From Acidiferrobacterales bacterium (GTDB taxonomy: Bacteria; Pseudomonadota; Gammaproteobacteria; Acidiferrobacterales; SPGG2): a DNA stretch of 64,000 nt. The notes under the pieces are model-generated. The model did no database searches and was not told the DNA's origin. It saw only the letters and a list, made by a program, of their open reading frames with translations. Shown in pieces: positions 34,097 through 43,541 of the stretch (positions are counted from its first letter, which is position 1; each line of letters opens with the position of its first letter). The position numbers and the translations under genes are program-made. The stretch lies in the NCBI GenBank assembly GCA_046760105.1, contig JBHIDJ010000003.1, forward strand, positions 19,718 through 83,717, read 5' to 3'.

Positions 34097-34430
34097 TAAT
34101 ACCTAAACTATCAGGGCGCCCGGCCAATGGCATGGCTCGACCGATACCGCGAACTGCCCTGTAACTCCCTCGCTTATTTAGATTCGATTCGCCCGATTGT
34201 CTAGGCCGAGGTCGGCGAGCAGTGGTCTCCTCCGGGCCGTCGGGCCCGACTCTATGATGAGTTTAATCGGAGGCCAGAGAGCGGAATAACTCAGCACCCA
34301 CTTAGGTAAGCGTAGACCATAGGAAAGCGCGATGGAACCGCACTCGCCTGGCAGCTCGTGGTCGATACGCGCTGCCTGTCACCCCGCTAAGTTACTGAAA
34401 ATTATTGAAAATCCGTAGTGGGCGGAAACG

Positions 34431-36257
34431 TCAGAATCCAAAAAGCTTCACCACGCCTACGCTGAGGGCCGGCACAAACGTGATAATCAAGACGCCAACC
34501 AGCGACAGCAGAAAGAAGGGGGCAGACGCCCAGCAGATCTCCAGAAGCGGTCGTTCAAAACGGAAAGCAGCCAGAAAGAGGTTCATGCCGACCGGCGGTG
34601 TCAAGTATCCAAGTTGCATGTTGGCAAGAAATACGATTCCCAGATGTACCGGATCGACACCAAAGGCCATGGCGACCGGAAGGATTAAAGGCACGATCAC
34701 GACGAGCGCTGAGAAAATGTCTAGCAGGCATCCTGCTATCAGAAGGAAACCATTAAGCGCAAGCAAGAACAGCCATGGTGACTCGATCGCCGACTGAACC
34801 CACTCCGTCGCCAATGTCGGCACATCCGCGAAAATAAGGTAGTTGGTGAGTCCCATGGCAGTCGCCAGGATAATCATGATGCCACCAATCATGACCGCGG
34901 CGTCCACCAGTAGCCGAGGTAGATCGTGCCGCACACTGAGTTCACGGTGGACCAGGAATTCCAAGAGCAGTGTATAAACGGCGGTCAGACCAGCCACCTC
35001 CACCAGCGTCGCATAACCCGAAAAAATGCCAAACAAGATTGCGACCGGTAACAGCACCTCGTACTTCGCCTCCCGGATCGCCGCTAACGCCGCACGCCCG
35101 TTAAATCGACTACGACCCCCCGGGATAAGCCAACCTGCGTGAACAGCGTAAACCGCAAACATGACGATCAATAAGAATCCCGGCAGCAGTCCGGCGAGAA
35201 ACAATCGATCGATCGGGGTGTGCGACGATACACCGTAGAGAATTATCAGCAGACTCGGCGGCAACAGGATGCCGAGGCTCCCCGAGGCAGTTAGCGCTCC
35301 CATCGAAAAGCGCTCGCGGTAGCCCTCGCGTATGAGCACGGGCAGGAGCAGTCCTCCAAGCGCCAGGATGGTGACACCGGAGCCACCGGTGAACGTGGTA
35401 AAGAAGGCACACACACCAATGCTGGCGATGGCTGTACCCCCGGGGATCCAGCCGAACAGCGCATGGAACAGATGCGCCAGACGATCAGACGACTTTCCCT
35501 CGGCCAATATGGTGCCTGCCAGGGTAAACAACGGTATGGTGGGTAATATCGGATTGGATGCAATGCGATACGCCTCCACCGGGATCGAGGCGAGTGGCAC
35601 CGCATCGACAAAAAACAGTAGGCTCGCGGCGGCCCCCAAGATGACAAATATCGGCGCACCGGCGAGCGCTGCCATCAAAATTACGCATACGCCCGGTAGC
35701 AGTAACAACCCTCGGCTTTCCTCCGGCCAAAAGGCAAAACCGACGACCAACAGCGTCATCGCCACCGCAACAATTCGCCCCCAATACCTGCCCGGCGTCT
35801 GCCATAGGAAACGCAGGCCGATGACTGCAAACCCGACAGGCATAATAACCTCGGCGACCCACTGCGGAATCAGACCACCTAGGGTAGTGGCCACCGCGCG
35901 ATCGACCCTCACCATGTCCAACGAGGCCCAAGCCAGCAGCAGCGCAACTGCCGTTGCCATGGATCCCGCGATAACGCTAGCGGCGGTCCGCCACCGTCCC
36001 CGCAGAAAGGATGCGAATCCCAGCGCCAGATGCTTTCCCCGCTTTGCCGCTACCATGGCGCCTAGGAACGCGACCCAAAGCGTTAAGTGACGAACATAGT
36101 CGATCGAACCCGGGACTCCGATGCCAACCAGGGCACGTCCGACGACTTCGATGATGGGAAGCAGGACGATACCCAGTAACGCCAGGGCTGTGGCCGTATT
36201 CTCTGCCTCGTACCACAAGGACTGGGTAGCCAGGCTTGCCTTGCGCACCCAGCTCAC
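34431..36257 (-). CDS. TRAP transporter fused small+large permease (DctQ-DctM fusion)
   Basis: 608-aa polytopic protein. The N-terminal ~160 aa are DctQ-like and the remainder DctM-like. It lies adjacent to a DctP-type binding protein gene. Confidence 0.88.
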   Translation of the reverse strand: MSWVRKASLATQSLWYEAENTATALALLGIVLLPIIEVVGRALVGIGVPGSIDYVRHLTLWVAFLGAMVAAKRGKHLALGFASFLRGRWRTAASVIAGSMATAVALLLAWASLDMVRVDRAVATTLGGLIPQWVAEVIMPVGFAVIGLRFLWQTPGRYWGRIVAVAMTLLVVGFAFWPEESRGLLLLPGVCVILMAALAGAPIFVILGAAASLLFFVDAVPLASIPVEAYRIASNPILPTIPLFTLAGTILAEGKSSDRLAHLFHALFGWIPGGTAIASIGVCAFFTTFTGGSGVTILALGGLLLPVLIREGYRERFSMGALTASGSLGILLPPSLLIILYGVSSHTPIDRLFLAGLLPGFLLIVMFAVYAVHAGWLIPGGRSRFNGRAALAAIREAKYEVLLPVAILFGIFSGYATLVEVAGLTAVYTLLLEFLVHRELSVRHDLPRLLVDAAVMIGGIMIILATAMGLTNYLIFADVPTLATEWVQSAIESPWLFLLALNGFLLIAGCLLDIFSALVVIVPLILPVAMAFGVDPVHLGIVFLANMQLGYLTPPVGMNLFLAAFRFERPLLEICWASAPFFLLSLVGVLIITFVPALSVGVVKLFGF

Positions 36258-36270
36258 GAGATCAGGTCTT

Positions 36271-37305
36271 TCAATTCGAGGACTTTGTAGCGCCTAGACG
36301 CTTCGCGCGAAACTCGTCACGCAGTCTAAGCACTTCGTCGAAAGATCCGGCCGGGACGATCTTGCCCCGAATGTCGGGATAGACCGATGTCGTTAACTCC
36401 TGCCATTCCTCGTAAGCGTCGGGCGGAACCGAGACCACCTGCAGACCGCGTTTGACCATCGCTCGAATCGCGTCTTGTTCTAACTGCCGAACCCTGTCGC
36501 GCAGCCGCAACCCGGCTTCGCGCGCTATTTGCGCCAACTTGGGTCTTAGGTCCGACGGAATTTTAGACCAGGCCCTTGTGCTGATAACGGTTCCACCGGT
36601 CAGTGGGGCCCACCTCATATCCGTCATTGAACCCGTAAACGCAAACCACTGATTCGCCAATGCCGCAAGCGGCGGAGCCTGATATGCCGTAATCATGCCG
36701 GTCTGAAGCGCTGGCAAAATGTCGTGCGACGCCAGCGGCACAGGTTTGAATCCGAGTTTCTTCCAAAGCTCCTCCGTCTCGGTGGTTTCAGCCGCGGCCC
36801 ACACAAACAGTTTTTGCTTCTTAAGATCATCTGGGCGCTGCACTGGGGACTTCGTAAAAAAGTGCACCCACCCCGCATCTCCCCAATTGAGCACGACGAA
36901 GCCTTTTTCTCGCAGGGCCTTTTCCATGGTTTTCGCTAACCCGGCCTGCACGTAGTCCAACTCTTCGTACGAAGCAAAAGCCAACGGGATATGCAGGGCC
37001 TTAGCCGACGGATCCACGATGCTAAGACCCACGGTCGAGACGGTGGCGGCATCGAGTTGCCCAATGCGGATCCGGCGCATAATGTCGCTTTCATCGCCGA
37101 GGGTGCCCGCATAAATCTTCAGCCGGACTTTGCCATCTGATGCTTCCGTCCACTTCTCATCGATCTCGGTCAGATACTCGTACCAAGTCGAGTCCTTGGG
37201 TACAACCGTCGCAAGTTTGACCACCACTGTCCGTGCACTCGCCTCAGCGACAAAAAGCGCCATACACATGGCCGCAAAGACTATCCGTTTAAGTCTCATA
37301 CTCAC
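36271..37305 (-). CDS. TRAP transporter substrate-binding protein (DctP/TatP-type)
   Basis: 344 aa with a signal peptide (MCMALFVAEASA) and periplasmic SBP-like sequence. A 4-nt overlap with the upstream TatT-like gene suggests translational coupling. Confidence 0.85.
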   Translation of the reverse strand: MSMRLKRIVFAAMCMALFVAEASARTVVVKLATVVPKDSTWYEYLTEIDEKWTEASDGKVRLKIYAGTLGDESDIMRRIRIGQLDAATVSTVGLSIVDPSAKALHIPLAFASYEELDYVQAGLAKTMEKALREKGFVVLNWGDAGWVHFFTKSPVQRPDDLKKQKLFVWAAAETTETEELWKKLGFKPVPLASHDILPALQTGMITAYQAPPLAALANQWFAFTGSMTDMRWAPLTGGTVISTRAWSKIPSDLRPKLAQIAREAGLRLRDRVRQLEQDAIRAMVKRGLQVVSVPPDAYEEWQELTTSVYPDIRGKIVPAGSFDEVLRLRDEFRAKRLGATKSSN

Positions 37306-38276
37306 TCCCCAATGAAAAAATCGTCGATTCGAAACATTAACACTTGCGCCCGCCTCTGCGCGATCAGGTTTGCCAGCCGATACTCAGGGGCTTTATCGGC
37401 GTTGAAGCCCAGGGCCTGCTGCAAAAGCGTTTTGAATTCCCGGCGATTCTGCATCTGTACCGAAACGGACTCTGCTAGCGACACCAATGGACTTACCTGT
37501 TGGTCATTGGCGAGTTCCATGGCACGCTGAAAGTGTTCGCGCGCTTTTTCCACACTGCCGCCCTGTGCGCTAGAGCGTCCACCCTCAAAGGCAATCAGAA
37601 ATTGATGGATTGCCCCTTGATTAAAGCTTTCGTCCAACTCCAAGCAGCGCTGAATCAACGGCCCGATTAAATTCAGATCAGCGACTAAATCCATATCTTG
37701 TTTATCTGCAGATATCGCCGCGCTCCACGATACCGCCGCCCAATAAAGCTCTGGAACATGTTTTGGCTTAAAGCGCGCAAGCGCGGATGTCGGATCCTGC
37801 CTCAGCTTTTCCACAAGGTCTGGCTCACGCAAATCCAACGCGCGTAAGGCGTAGTCACGGCCTCTGAGATAGAGCCGTTTCGCCCGTTGGCGAAGCTCGC
37901 GCGCACGGCGACGATCCGTTTCCTCCAATTCGAAAGCCTGGAAATCCACGTAGGCATAGGCGTATTGCGTAAAGCCGCTTGCCGCCGCAACCAGCAACCC
38001 GTGATGATCAGGGACTTCAGTAAGCAAACCTTCCATGGTCTTCAAACCGAAGGGCAGGGCATCGCCAATAAGCTCGATGTCGTCGTCAGATGCGTATACG
38101 GTTCCGGTTTCTGCTAACACGTTGCCCACCCGGTTGGCCGCGAACTTCCTTACCGAGCACCCCGAAGTCATAACCAGGACAAAAACGAGGAAAACCACCG
38201 TCCACAGCGGCCGCCTATCGGTCGTCCCCGTGATCGTTGGTGTGGGAAATATTGGTTGCGAGATACTTGTGATCAT
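37302..38276 (-). CDS. TRAP-associated TPR lipoprotein, TatT family
   Basis: Lipobox VMTSGC. The region GDALPFGLKTMEGLLTEVPDHHGLLVAAASGFTQYAYAYV resembles what I recall of TatT-family proteins. All-helical TPR-like remainder. The gene order T-P-QM matches Treponema tatT-tatP-tatQM. Confidence 0.7.
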   Translation of the reverse strand: MITSISQPIFPTPTITGTTDRRPLWTVVFLVFVLVMTSGCSVRKFAANRVGNVLAETGTVYASDDDIELIGDALPFGLKTMEGLLTEVPDHHGLLVAAASGFTQYAYAYVDFQAFELEETDRRRARELRQRAKRLYLRGRDYALRALDLREPDLVEKLRQDPTSALARFKPKHVPELYWAAVSWSAAISADKQDMDLVADLNLIGPLIQRCLELDESFNQGAIHQFLIAFEGGRSSAQGGSVEKAREHFQRAMELANDQQVSPLVSLAESVSVQMQNRREFKTLLQQALGFNADKAPEYRLANLIAQRRAQVLMFRIDDFFIGE

Positions 38277-38405
38277 TTGCTATGCGGCTAGCTCTACTCC
38301 GGCTGCATTATATCTATCTCCAACGCATGGCCATAGCTTAGGCCAGATGGGAGGGATCGTGCGAGGTTCGTCGAATCGACGGATAAGGTTGCAAGCAGCG
38401 TGATA

Positions 38406-39947
38406 CTACAGCTGGTTCTTGAACAGCAGTGCGAATAACTGATAAAAGCGCAGCTTGACAATCCTGCCAGACTTGGCGCGCGGAAAGCGACTGTCCTCGC
38501 CAATGGCTTTACCATCAGGACCTATTAACCACGCATTCGCCAGGTGCATGTCCATCGACACGCGCAATTGGCGCGCGAGCACTTCATCATGGGCGGCAAC
38601 CGCCAGCTCGGTATTCAAGAATTGTGAACGTGGATCGATATTAAAATTTCCGATAATGGCGATTGTGTTATCGATGACTACCGATTTTGCATGGAGCATC
38701 TTTGGGCCTTTGTACTCCCAAATCTCCAAACCCAGCCGCACTAAATCTGCTTTCTTCCCTTCGTAACCTCCTTGGGCGAAGAAATTCTGGGTCGATGCCA
38801 ATGAGTTGGTCAGCACACGTACTTGAACACCGCGATCGATCGCCCGCATGAACGCCGCCTTAGCGCTCTTAGAAAGAACAAGATAAGGCGATTCAATAAT
38901 AATGGATGATTTCGCGGAGTCTACATAGCGCAGAAACGCATCGAAGGTTCCAGGGTCCTTGCCTTTACGGCCCACTGGATCGTGGAAAAAACGTATATCG
39001 GTTACGTCTCGCTGTCCCGCAGACCAATCAGTGGCCGGATTGAGATGAACAAGCGTATTCTGGCTGAGATCTGCCCGGTGCCAGTCCAACAGCGCCGCTG
39101 CTTCTTGCAGTGCTTTGGCAGCGCGAATCTGTGACTGCTCACAGCGTTCGTATGAATGCCCATTCCTCGATTCGTCACATTGTTGAGGCAAGAATTCCGG
39201 ATCATGCGGTCCAAGCGCGGCGTCGCTAACTTCTTGGCTATTCCACAACCGCATGAAGTAACGGGAGGTCGCTTCGACTACCTTGCCGGCAACATACACG
39301 TCGCGGTCGACGTAAGCCCTTTCGACGTAACTCTTTTCGGTAACACCAAACCACGGATTCTCAAGATTGCGCCCGCCAATCAACATTTCGCGACCATCGA
39401 CAAGAATTAGCTTGTCGTGTAGCCGCCGATTGAACCAGCCGAGTTTTGTGATACGCAAGGGGTGGTACTCCTTGATCGCTACGCCTTCTTGTATTAAATG
39501 CGCAAGGACCGGCTTAGAGATCTCGTTAAAGTACCCGTCAATAAGGAATCTGACTTTTACTCCTCGACGGGCCGCATCCCGCAGCAGAGCGAGATAGGAC
39601 AGCACCATCCGGTCCTCTGAGGCCCTGTAAAGCTCGATAAGGATTTCCTCCCGAGCCTGCTGAATCATATCCACACGCACCTGTGCCGCCTCTTGGTCTG
39701 CATCTATAATGCGAAATGTGTCGGCGCAGGTTGGATTGGGAAACCAAACGAAAGAAAGCACGACAAGTGCAACGAATGTCGAGGCTCTCAGACGAAAAAC
39801 GGTCTCTTGCATTAAGCGCGTGTGATCCACGGGCAGTTTAGTGTGCACGGAACCTGGCATCGGACTAACAGACCTAGAGCCTACCTGAGTGATACACGCG
39901 ACCGCAATAACGAGAGGGCGTCGGGCTTGGGGCTGCGAGGAGCACAC
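38406..39947 (-). CDS. Phospholipase D / cardiolipin-synthase-like family protein (two HKD motifs), probably secreted
   Basis: HDKLILVDG and LHAKSVVIDN HKD motifs. The likely native start is the ATG at 39812 (MQETVFRLRASTFVALVVLSFVWFPNPTCA, a signal peptide); the track ORF begins at a GTG at 39947. Confidence 0.85.
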   Translation of the reverse strand: MCSSQPQARRPLVIAVACITQVGSRSVSPMPGSVHTKLPVDHTRLMQETVFRLRASTFVALVVLSFVWFPNPTCADTFRIIDADQEAAQVRVDMIQQAREEILIELYRASEDRMVLSYLALLRDAARRGVKVRFLIDGYFNEISKPVLAHLIQEGVAIKEYHPLRITKLGWFNRRLHDKLILVDGREMLIGGRNLENPWFGVTEKSYVERAYVDRDVYVAGKVVEATSRYFMRLWNSQEVSDAALGPHDPEFLPQQCDESRNGHSYERCEQSQIRAAKALQEAAALLDWHRADLSQNTLVHLNPATDWSAGQRDVTDIRFFHDPVGRKGKDPGTFDAFLRYVDSAKSSIIIESPYLVLSKSAKAAFMRAIDRGVQVRVLTNSLASTQNFFAQGGYEGKKADLVRLGLEIWEYKGPKMLHAKSVVIDNTIAIIGNFNIDPRSQFLNTELAVAAHDEVLARQLRVSMDMHLANAWLIGPDGKAIGEDSRFPRAKSGRIVKLRFYQLFALLFKNQL

Positions 39948-40013
39948 CGATCGCGGGCAGCGGCTAATTTATGGTAAACAAGGGGTACAGCGTAAGTTGA
40001 AAGGGGCGAGCTT

Positions 40014-40559
40014 ATGATATCAAGCAACTCCTGGTTACGAATATCGACCTTGTTGAGTCTCCTACTACCTATAGCGCAGGCAGGACCGCTGCACGATGCC
40101 GCAGAACGGGGAGACCTAGACCGGGCAAGAACGCTTATTGCCCAGGGTGCCAATGTCAACGCGCGGGACACAAATGCCGCCACACCGCTCCATTGGGCAG
40201 TCTACGGGGGTCACACGGCGCTCGCGCGATGGCTAATTGCGCAGGGCGCGGATGTCTACGCGAACGAAACACCGTTTTGCCCCACACCTCCGCAAGTTGC
40301 TGCGACCTTAAGTGACGATGCGTTAACGGCGTGGCTTGATCATCAGACCGCCCACATTAACGACAACACCCAAAACGGTGTCAGGCCGTTACACTGGGCT
40401 GCAGCCGGCGGCCACCTAGCCACGGTCGAGCTGCTGATTACTGAGGGCGCCAACATTAATGCAGAAACGGCCGAAGGCATCACCCCGTTGCAAACCGCCG
40501 CTGGTATGGGCCATGAGCACATCGTGAAGTTGCTACGACGGCATGGCGCCAAAGAATAA
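40014..40559 (+). CDS. Secreted ankyrin-repeat protein
   Basis: Signal peptide (LLSLLLPIAQA), then at least 4 ANK repeats (GANVNARDTNAATPLHWAVYGGH..., GANINAETAEGITPLQTAAGMGH...). Confidence 0.85.
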   Translation: MISSNSWLRISTLLSLLLPIAQAGPLHDAAERGDLDRARTLIAQGANVNARDTNAATPLHWAVYGGHTALARWLIAQGADVYANETPFCPTPPQVAATLSDDALTAWLDHQTAHINDNTQNGVRPLHWAAAGGHLATVELLITEGANINAETAEGITPLQTAAGMGHEHIVKLLRRHGAKE

Positions 40560-40650
40560 TATGTAGCACGAGTCAGGTAGGCTTGGTCTTGTCAACGGCG
40601 GCGCGCGACGCGGTCGCCGCTACGGCAACACATTTCTTGAGACTGCGCGA

Positions 40651-41034
40651 ATGCTCAATCGGTCTCTGCCGAAGGTAATCATTTTGATCTTTGCTCTTAC
40701 TATGGCAGCCTGCAAACAGGGCGAAAGTAAGACAGCGCCTACCAGTGGCGAACAGCTGGTGACCCCAGTGGCAAAAGGCTCGGTTACGCTCAGGTGGCAA
40801 CCACCCACTCGAAATACCGATGGATCAAAGCTGACCGACTTGGCTGGCTACAAGATTTACTACGGAACGTCCAAAGAATATTACCAACGGGTAATCGACA
40901 TAAAGGACCCAACCATAACGCAATACACGATCAACCACCTACCGCCATATACATACTACTTCGTGATAATAGCGTACAACCGCGCCGGCGCCGAGAGCCA
41001 CTACTCGAACGTCGGCAGCAAGACCATCCAGTAA
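40651..41034 (+). CDS. Small lipoprotein with a fibronectin-type-III-like domain
   Basis: Lipobox LTMAAC. Then VTLRWQPPTRNTDGSKLTDLAGYKIYYG...YYFVIIAYNRAGAES, a typical FN3 strand pattern. Confidence 0.6.
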   Translation: MLNRSLPKVIILIFALTMAACKQGESKTAPTSGEQLVTPVAKGSVTLRWQPPTRNTDGSKLTDLAGYKIYYGTSKEYYQRVIDIKDPTITQYTINHLPPYTYYFVIIAYNRAGAESHYSNVGSKTIQ

Positions 41035-41139
41035 CGCCAAGCCATTCGCTCAGTAACTCCAACACCAAGCGACGAGGCGCTTGGCGTTCTTGGCCTGCTT
41101 TTTGCTTGGCTCTAACTCGATCAGTTCACGCCAACGTAG

Positions 41140-42135
41140 ATGGGCATCGACAAGAGCATCTGGCTTCCGGTAGCGGCGTTATTCAGTCCTGGCTTATCGC
41201 CCCGCACTTCGCGCGATAGCACGTGGGAGACGTTGATGGACGCCGGTACCATAGCCTACGAGCAAGGTCGCTACGCAAAAGCCGAGGAGCAGCTATGGGC
41301 CGCGCTCAAACGCGCCGAGACCTTTGGGCTTGCGGATCTGCGCGTCGTCACTAGCCTCAACAGCCTTGCCGAAGTCCATCGCGCGCAAGCTAAGTATACC
41401 GACGCGGAATCGCTCATTAAGCAAGCCTTGGCACTCCGCGAGAACACGTTCGGACCTGTCCATGCTGACGTGGCGGCTAGCCTCAACAACCTAGCGGAGC
41501 TCTTCCGAGCTCAGAGCAAACACGACGAGGCCAAATCGCTTCTCAAGCGTGCCGTATCCATTTATCAGAAGATCGTGGACACGGAACACCCTGATGTTGC
41601 CACAACCCTCAACACTCTGGCGCTCTGCTACCGTGATCAAGGCGAGCATGCTAAAGCAAAGTCATTGCTGAAAGACGCCTTAGCGATTCGGAAGAAGTCG
41701 CTGGGATCAAGACATCCGCGCGTCGCCACTACGCTCAACAATCTCGCGCTTTGTTACCGTGCCGAGGGTAACGACGCCAAAGCCGAGCCGCTGCTGAAGC
41801 AGGCTTTGAAGATCCGCGAGAAGACTCTCGGACCGCGGCATCCGCGCGTGGCCACCAGTCTCAACAATCTGGCGCAGCTCTATCGAACCCTGGGTCGACA
41901 CGGTGAGGCCGAGCGCCTATACAAGCGCGCCTTGAAGATTCTGGAGAAAGCAAAAGGAAGAAACCACGCAAAGGTGGCCAACGTCTTGGATAACTACGCC
42001 CACCTTTTGACAGACATGAAAAAACCGAAGCAGGCGGCAAAGCTTGTTGCTCGCGCAAAAATCGTTAGAAAAAAAATGGTGGATAGCGGTCCGTCAGTTG
42101 TTGGCCGTGGGCGCTACGTCCTCGGAAGTTTCTGA
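41140..42135 (+). CDS. Tetratricopeptide repeat protein (kinesin-light-chain-like TPR_10/12 repeats)
   Basis: Six or seven 42-aa repeats of the form HPxVATxLNNLAxLYRxQGxxxxAExLxKxAL. The start is uncertain (41140 or an internal Met). Confidence 0.85.
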   Translation: MGIDKSIWLPVAALFSPGLSPRTSRDSTWETLMDAGTIAYEQGRYAKAEEQLWAALKRAETFGLADLRVVTSLNSLAEVHRAQAKYTDAESLIKQALALRENTFGPVHADVAASLNNLAELFRAQSKHDEAKSLLKRAVSIYQKIVDTEHPDVATTLNTLALCYRDQGEHAKAKSLLKDALAIRKKSLGSRHPRVATTLNNLALCYRAEGNDAKAEPLLKQALKIREKTLGPRHPRVATSLNNLAQLYRTLGRHGEAERLYKRALKILEKAKGRNHAKVANVLDNYAHLLTDMKKPKQAAKLVARAKIVRKKMVDSGPSVVGRGRYVLGSF

Positions 42136-42147
42136 ACCCAGCCGTGA

Positions 42148-42176
42148 GGTGCCTGCGGCAGAGCATTCGAGGCACC
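42148..42176. terminator. Possible bidirectional hairpin between the convergent TPR gene and the HExxH gene
   Basis: GGTGCCT - 15 nt - AGGCACC, a 7-bp GC-rich stem in the 44-nt convergent gap. No U-tract. Confidence 0.35.
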
Positions 42177-42179
42177 GCG

Positions 42180-42647
42180 TCACATCCGCCAGCAGGTGCT
42201 GACTAATAATATGTGGATGTCGTTGAACGCGGGTGCCCTCCCATGTTGGGCCAGGTATTCGGCCTGCGCCGCGTATGCTGTCGGCTCTAGTTTGCGCACA
42301 CATGAAACTGCCTTATCGAATCCGTGACGATATTGAAGATAATGCACAAGCTCGTGCACAAGCACAGCCCGACCTTCTATCGTGGTGAGGTCCACGTCGT
42401 CTAACAGGTAAATCGTGCCATCTCTGGGATTGTAAACGCCGGCCACACTGATATTGTTGATATCTGGCCCGCGGGGAACGTTACCCTGGTAGAAAATTTG
42501 CACCAGCGTTCCCTGCGGAACGCTTATTACGTCAGGCACATGGGAGCCATCATACGCCAGAGGCGAATGGCCGCTGATCCACATCAACATCGCAACCGTG
42601 AGTTCTTTCATCGCGCTGCCGTAACTGAACGAGAGGATTCGTATCAA
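42180..42647 (-). CDS. Hypothetical protein with an HExxH motif (HELVHYLQ), possibly DUF6647-like
   Basis: 155-aa ORF, last gene of a tightly packed three-gene minus-strand operon. The LLDDVDLTTIEGRAVLVHELVHYLQY motif is zincin-like. The family assignment is from memory only. Confidence 0.6.
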   Translation of the reverse strand: MIRILSFSYGSAMKELTVAMLMWISGHSPLAYDGSHVPDVISVPQGTLVQIFYQGNVPRGPDINNISVAGVYNPRDGTIYLLDDVDLTTIEGRAVLVHELVHYLQYRHGFDKAVSCVRKLEPTAYAAQAEYLAQHGRAPAFNDIHILLVSTCWRM

Positions 42648-42820
42648 TCTTCAATCAACCCATCGGGCAGGAGGTCCGTGAGGTCTTGCAGTGTCCACGC
42701 CTCAGGAGGCTCCGGAACATCTTCCGGCGGCCAGATATCGAGAACATCAGGAATAACGTCGTTGCCGAACGGGTCGCCGTCCGTCCACAGGTGATCGATT
42801 TCGTCGAAAATCGGGGCCAT
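42644..42820 (-). CDS. Small, very acidic hypothetical protein (58 aa), below the ORF-track cutoff
   Basis: Hand translation gives MAPIFDEIDHLWTDGDPFGNDVIPDVLDIWPPEDVPEPPEAWTLQDLTDLLPDGLIED*. A GGGAGG Shine-Dalgarno sits ~8 nt before the ATG. The ORF starts 3 nt after the upstream stop, and its TGA overlaps the TTG start of the next ORF. Confidence 0.55.
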   Translation of the reverse strand: MAPIFDEIDHLWTDGDPFGNDVIPDVLDIWPPEDVPEPPEAWTLQDLTDLLPDGLIED

Positions 42821-42823
42821 GTC

Positions 42824-43042
42824 TTATACCTCCCACCGGTCACCACAATGATTTACGTAGTAGCCCTCCCCGGGATGCAGCAAAGGCGTACCAACGTGGA
42901 TCGTCGCGTCACGCGTGACGCTCGCCCACACTTCATCGGGGTTAAAGCCATGGTTAAAGCGGCGACGTTTCGCGACTTCCCGGGCGATCATCGCAGCCGC
43001 AAATTGGCACGCACGTGCAAGTCTTGGATTAATATGGTCCAT
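42824..43042 (-). CDS. Small basic hypothetical protein (72 aa)
   Basis: ORF preceded by AAGGAGGT ~7 nt upstream of the ATG. First gene of the three-gene operon. No family recognised. Confidence 0.55.
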   Translation of the reverse strand: MDHINPRLARACQFAAAMIAREVAKRRRFNHGFNPDEVWASVTRDATIHVGTPLLHPGEGYYVNHCGDRWEV

Positions 43043-43368
43043 AGCTCTACCTCCTTGCCCTCACACATGCGCCCCGCAAATCTCACTGCCCGCTTGTCCG
43101 CCTACCGACCTTGTTAAAAGCAATTGCTATACGGATCTGCTAGCTGCGCCGCTTGTCCTGGGGCGCTGTAGTGCAGTTGGGTCCAACAGTACAGAGATAG
43201 AGCAGCGTGATCTGTTAAGTAATACGTCGAGCGTTCGTGAAATATTTACGGTAGGGGTCCGATCAAGAAGCCAACTTTTTATCAAGCCTTTAGCAACCGC
43301 GTCTTACGTGTGTCAGCTCGTTTGTTGGATGTCCTGAGCTTTCGGCCGACCCCCACCGCGAAGAAGGC

Positions 43369-43385
43369 TTGTTAATTTTTCACAG
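43369..43385. promoter_or_regulatory. CRP-like operator candidate (TGTTA-N5-TCACA)
   Basis: TTGTTAATTTTTCACAG lies in the divergent intergenic region, 157 nt upstream of the Sel1 gene ATG. It is one mismatch from the palindrome TTGTGAA-TTT-TTCACAA seen at 57099. Confidence 0.4.
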
Positions 43386-43541
43386 CTTTTTAACAGCATA
43401 TTTCACAGAAGCTACACGCGTCTTTGGACTAATGTATTGAGCATATACAAAGGCGGTCTTGGCATACCTTCGAGGAGCTAACTGGTCGTCGAGAACAAGG
43501 TAAACCGGGTAGTTCCGTGCCTGACCGCAAGCGAGGACACT

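Noticed and set aside
41140-42135. Periodic ~126-bp DNA repeats, and the AAG/GCC repeats at 6074..6319, considered as a CRISPR-like or satellite array
   Set aside because: Both are in-frame coding repeats (TPR units and the Lys/Ala tail). They lack unique spacers of constant length and have no cas genes nearby.
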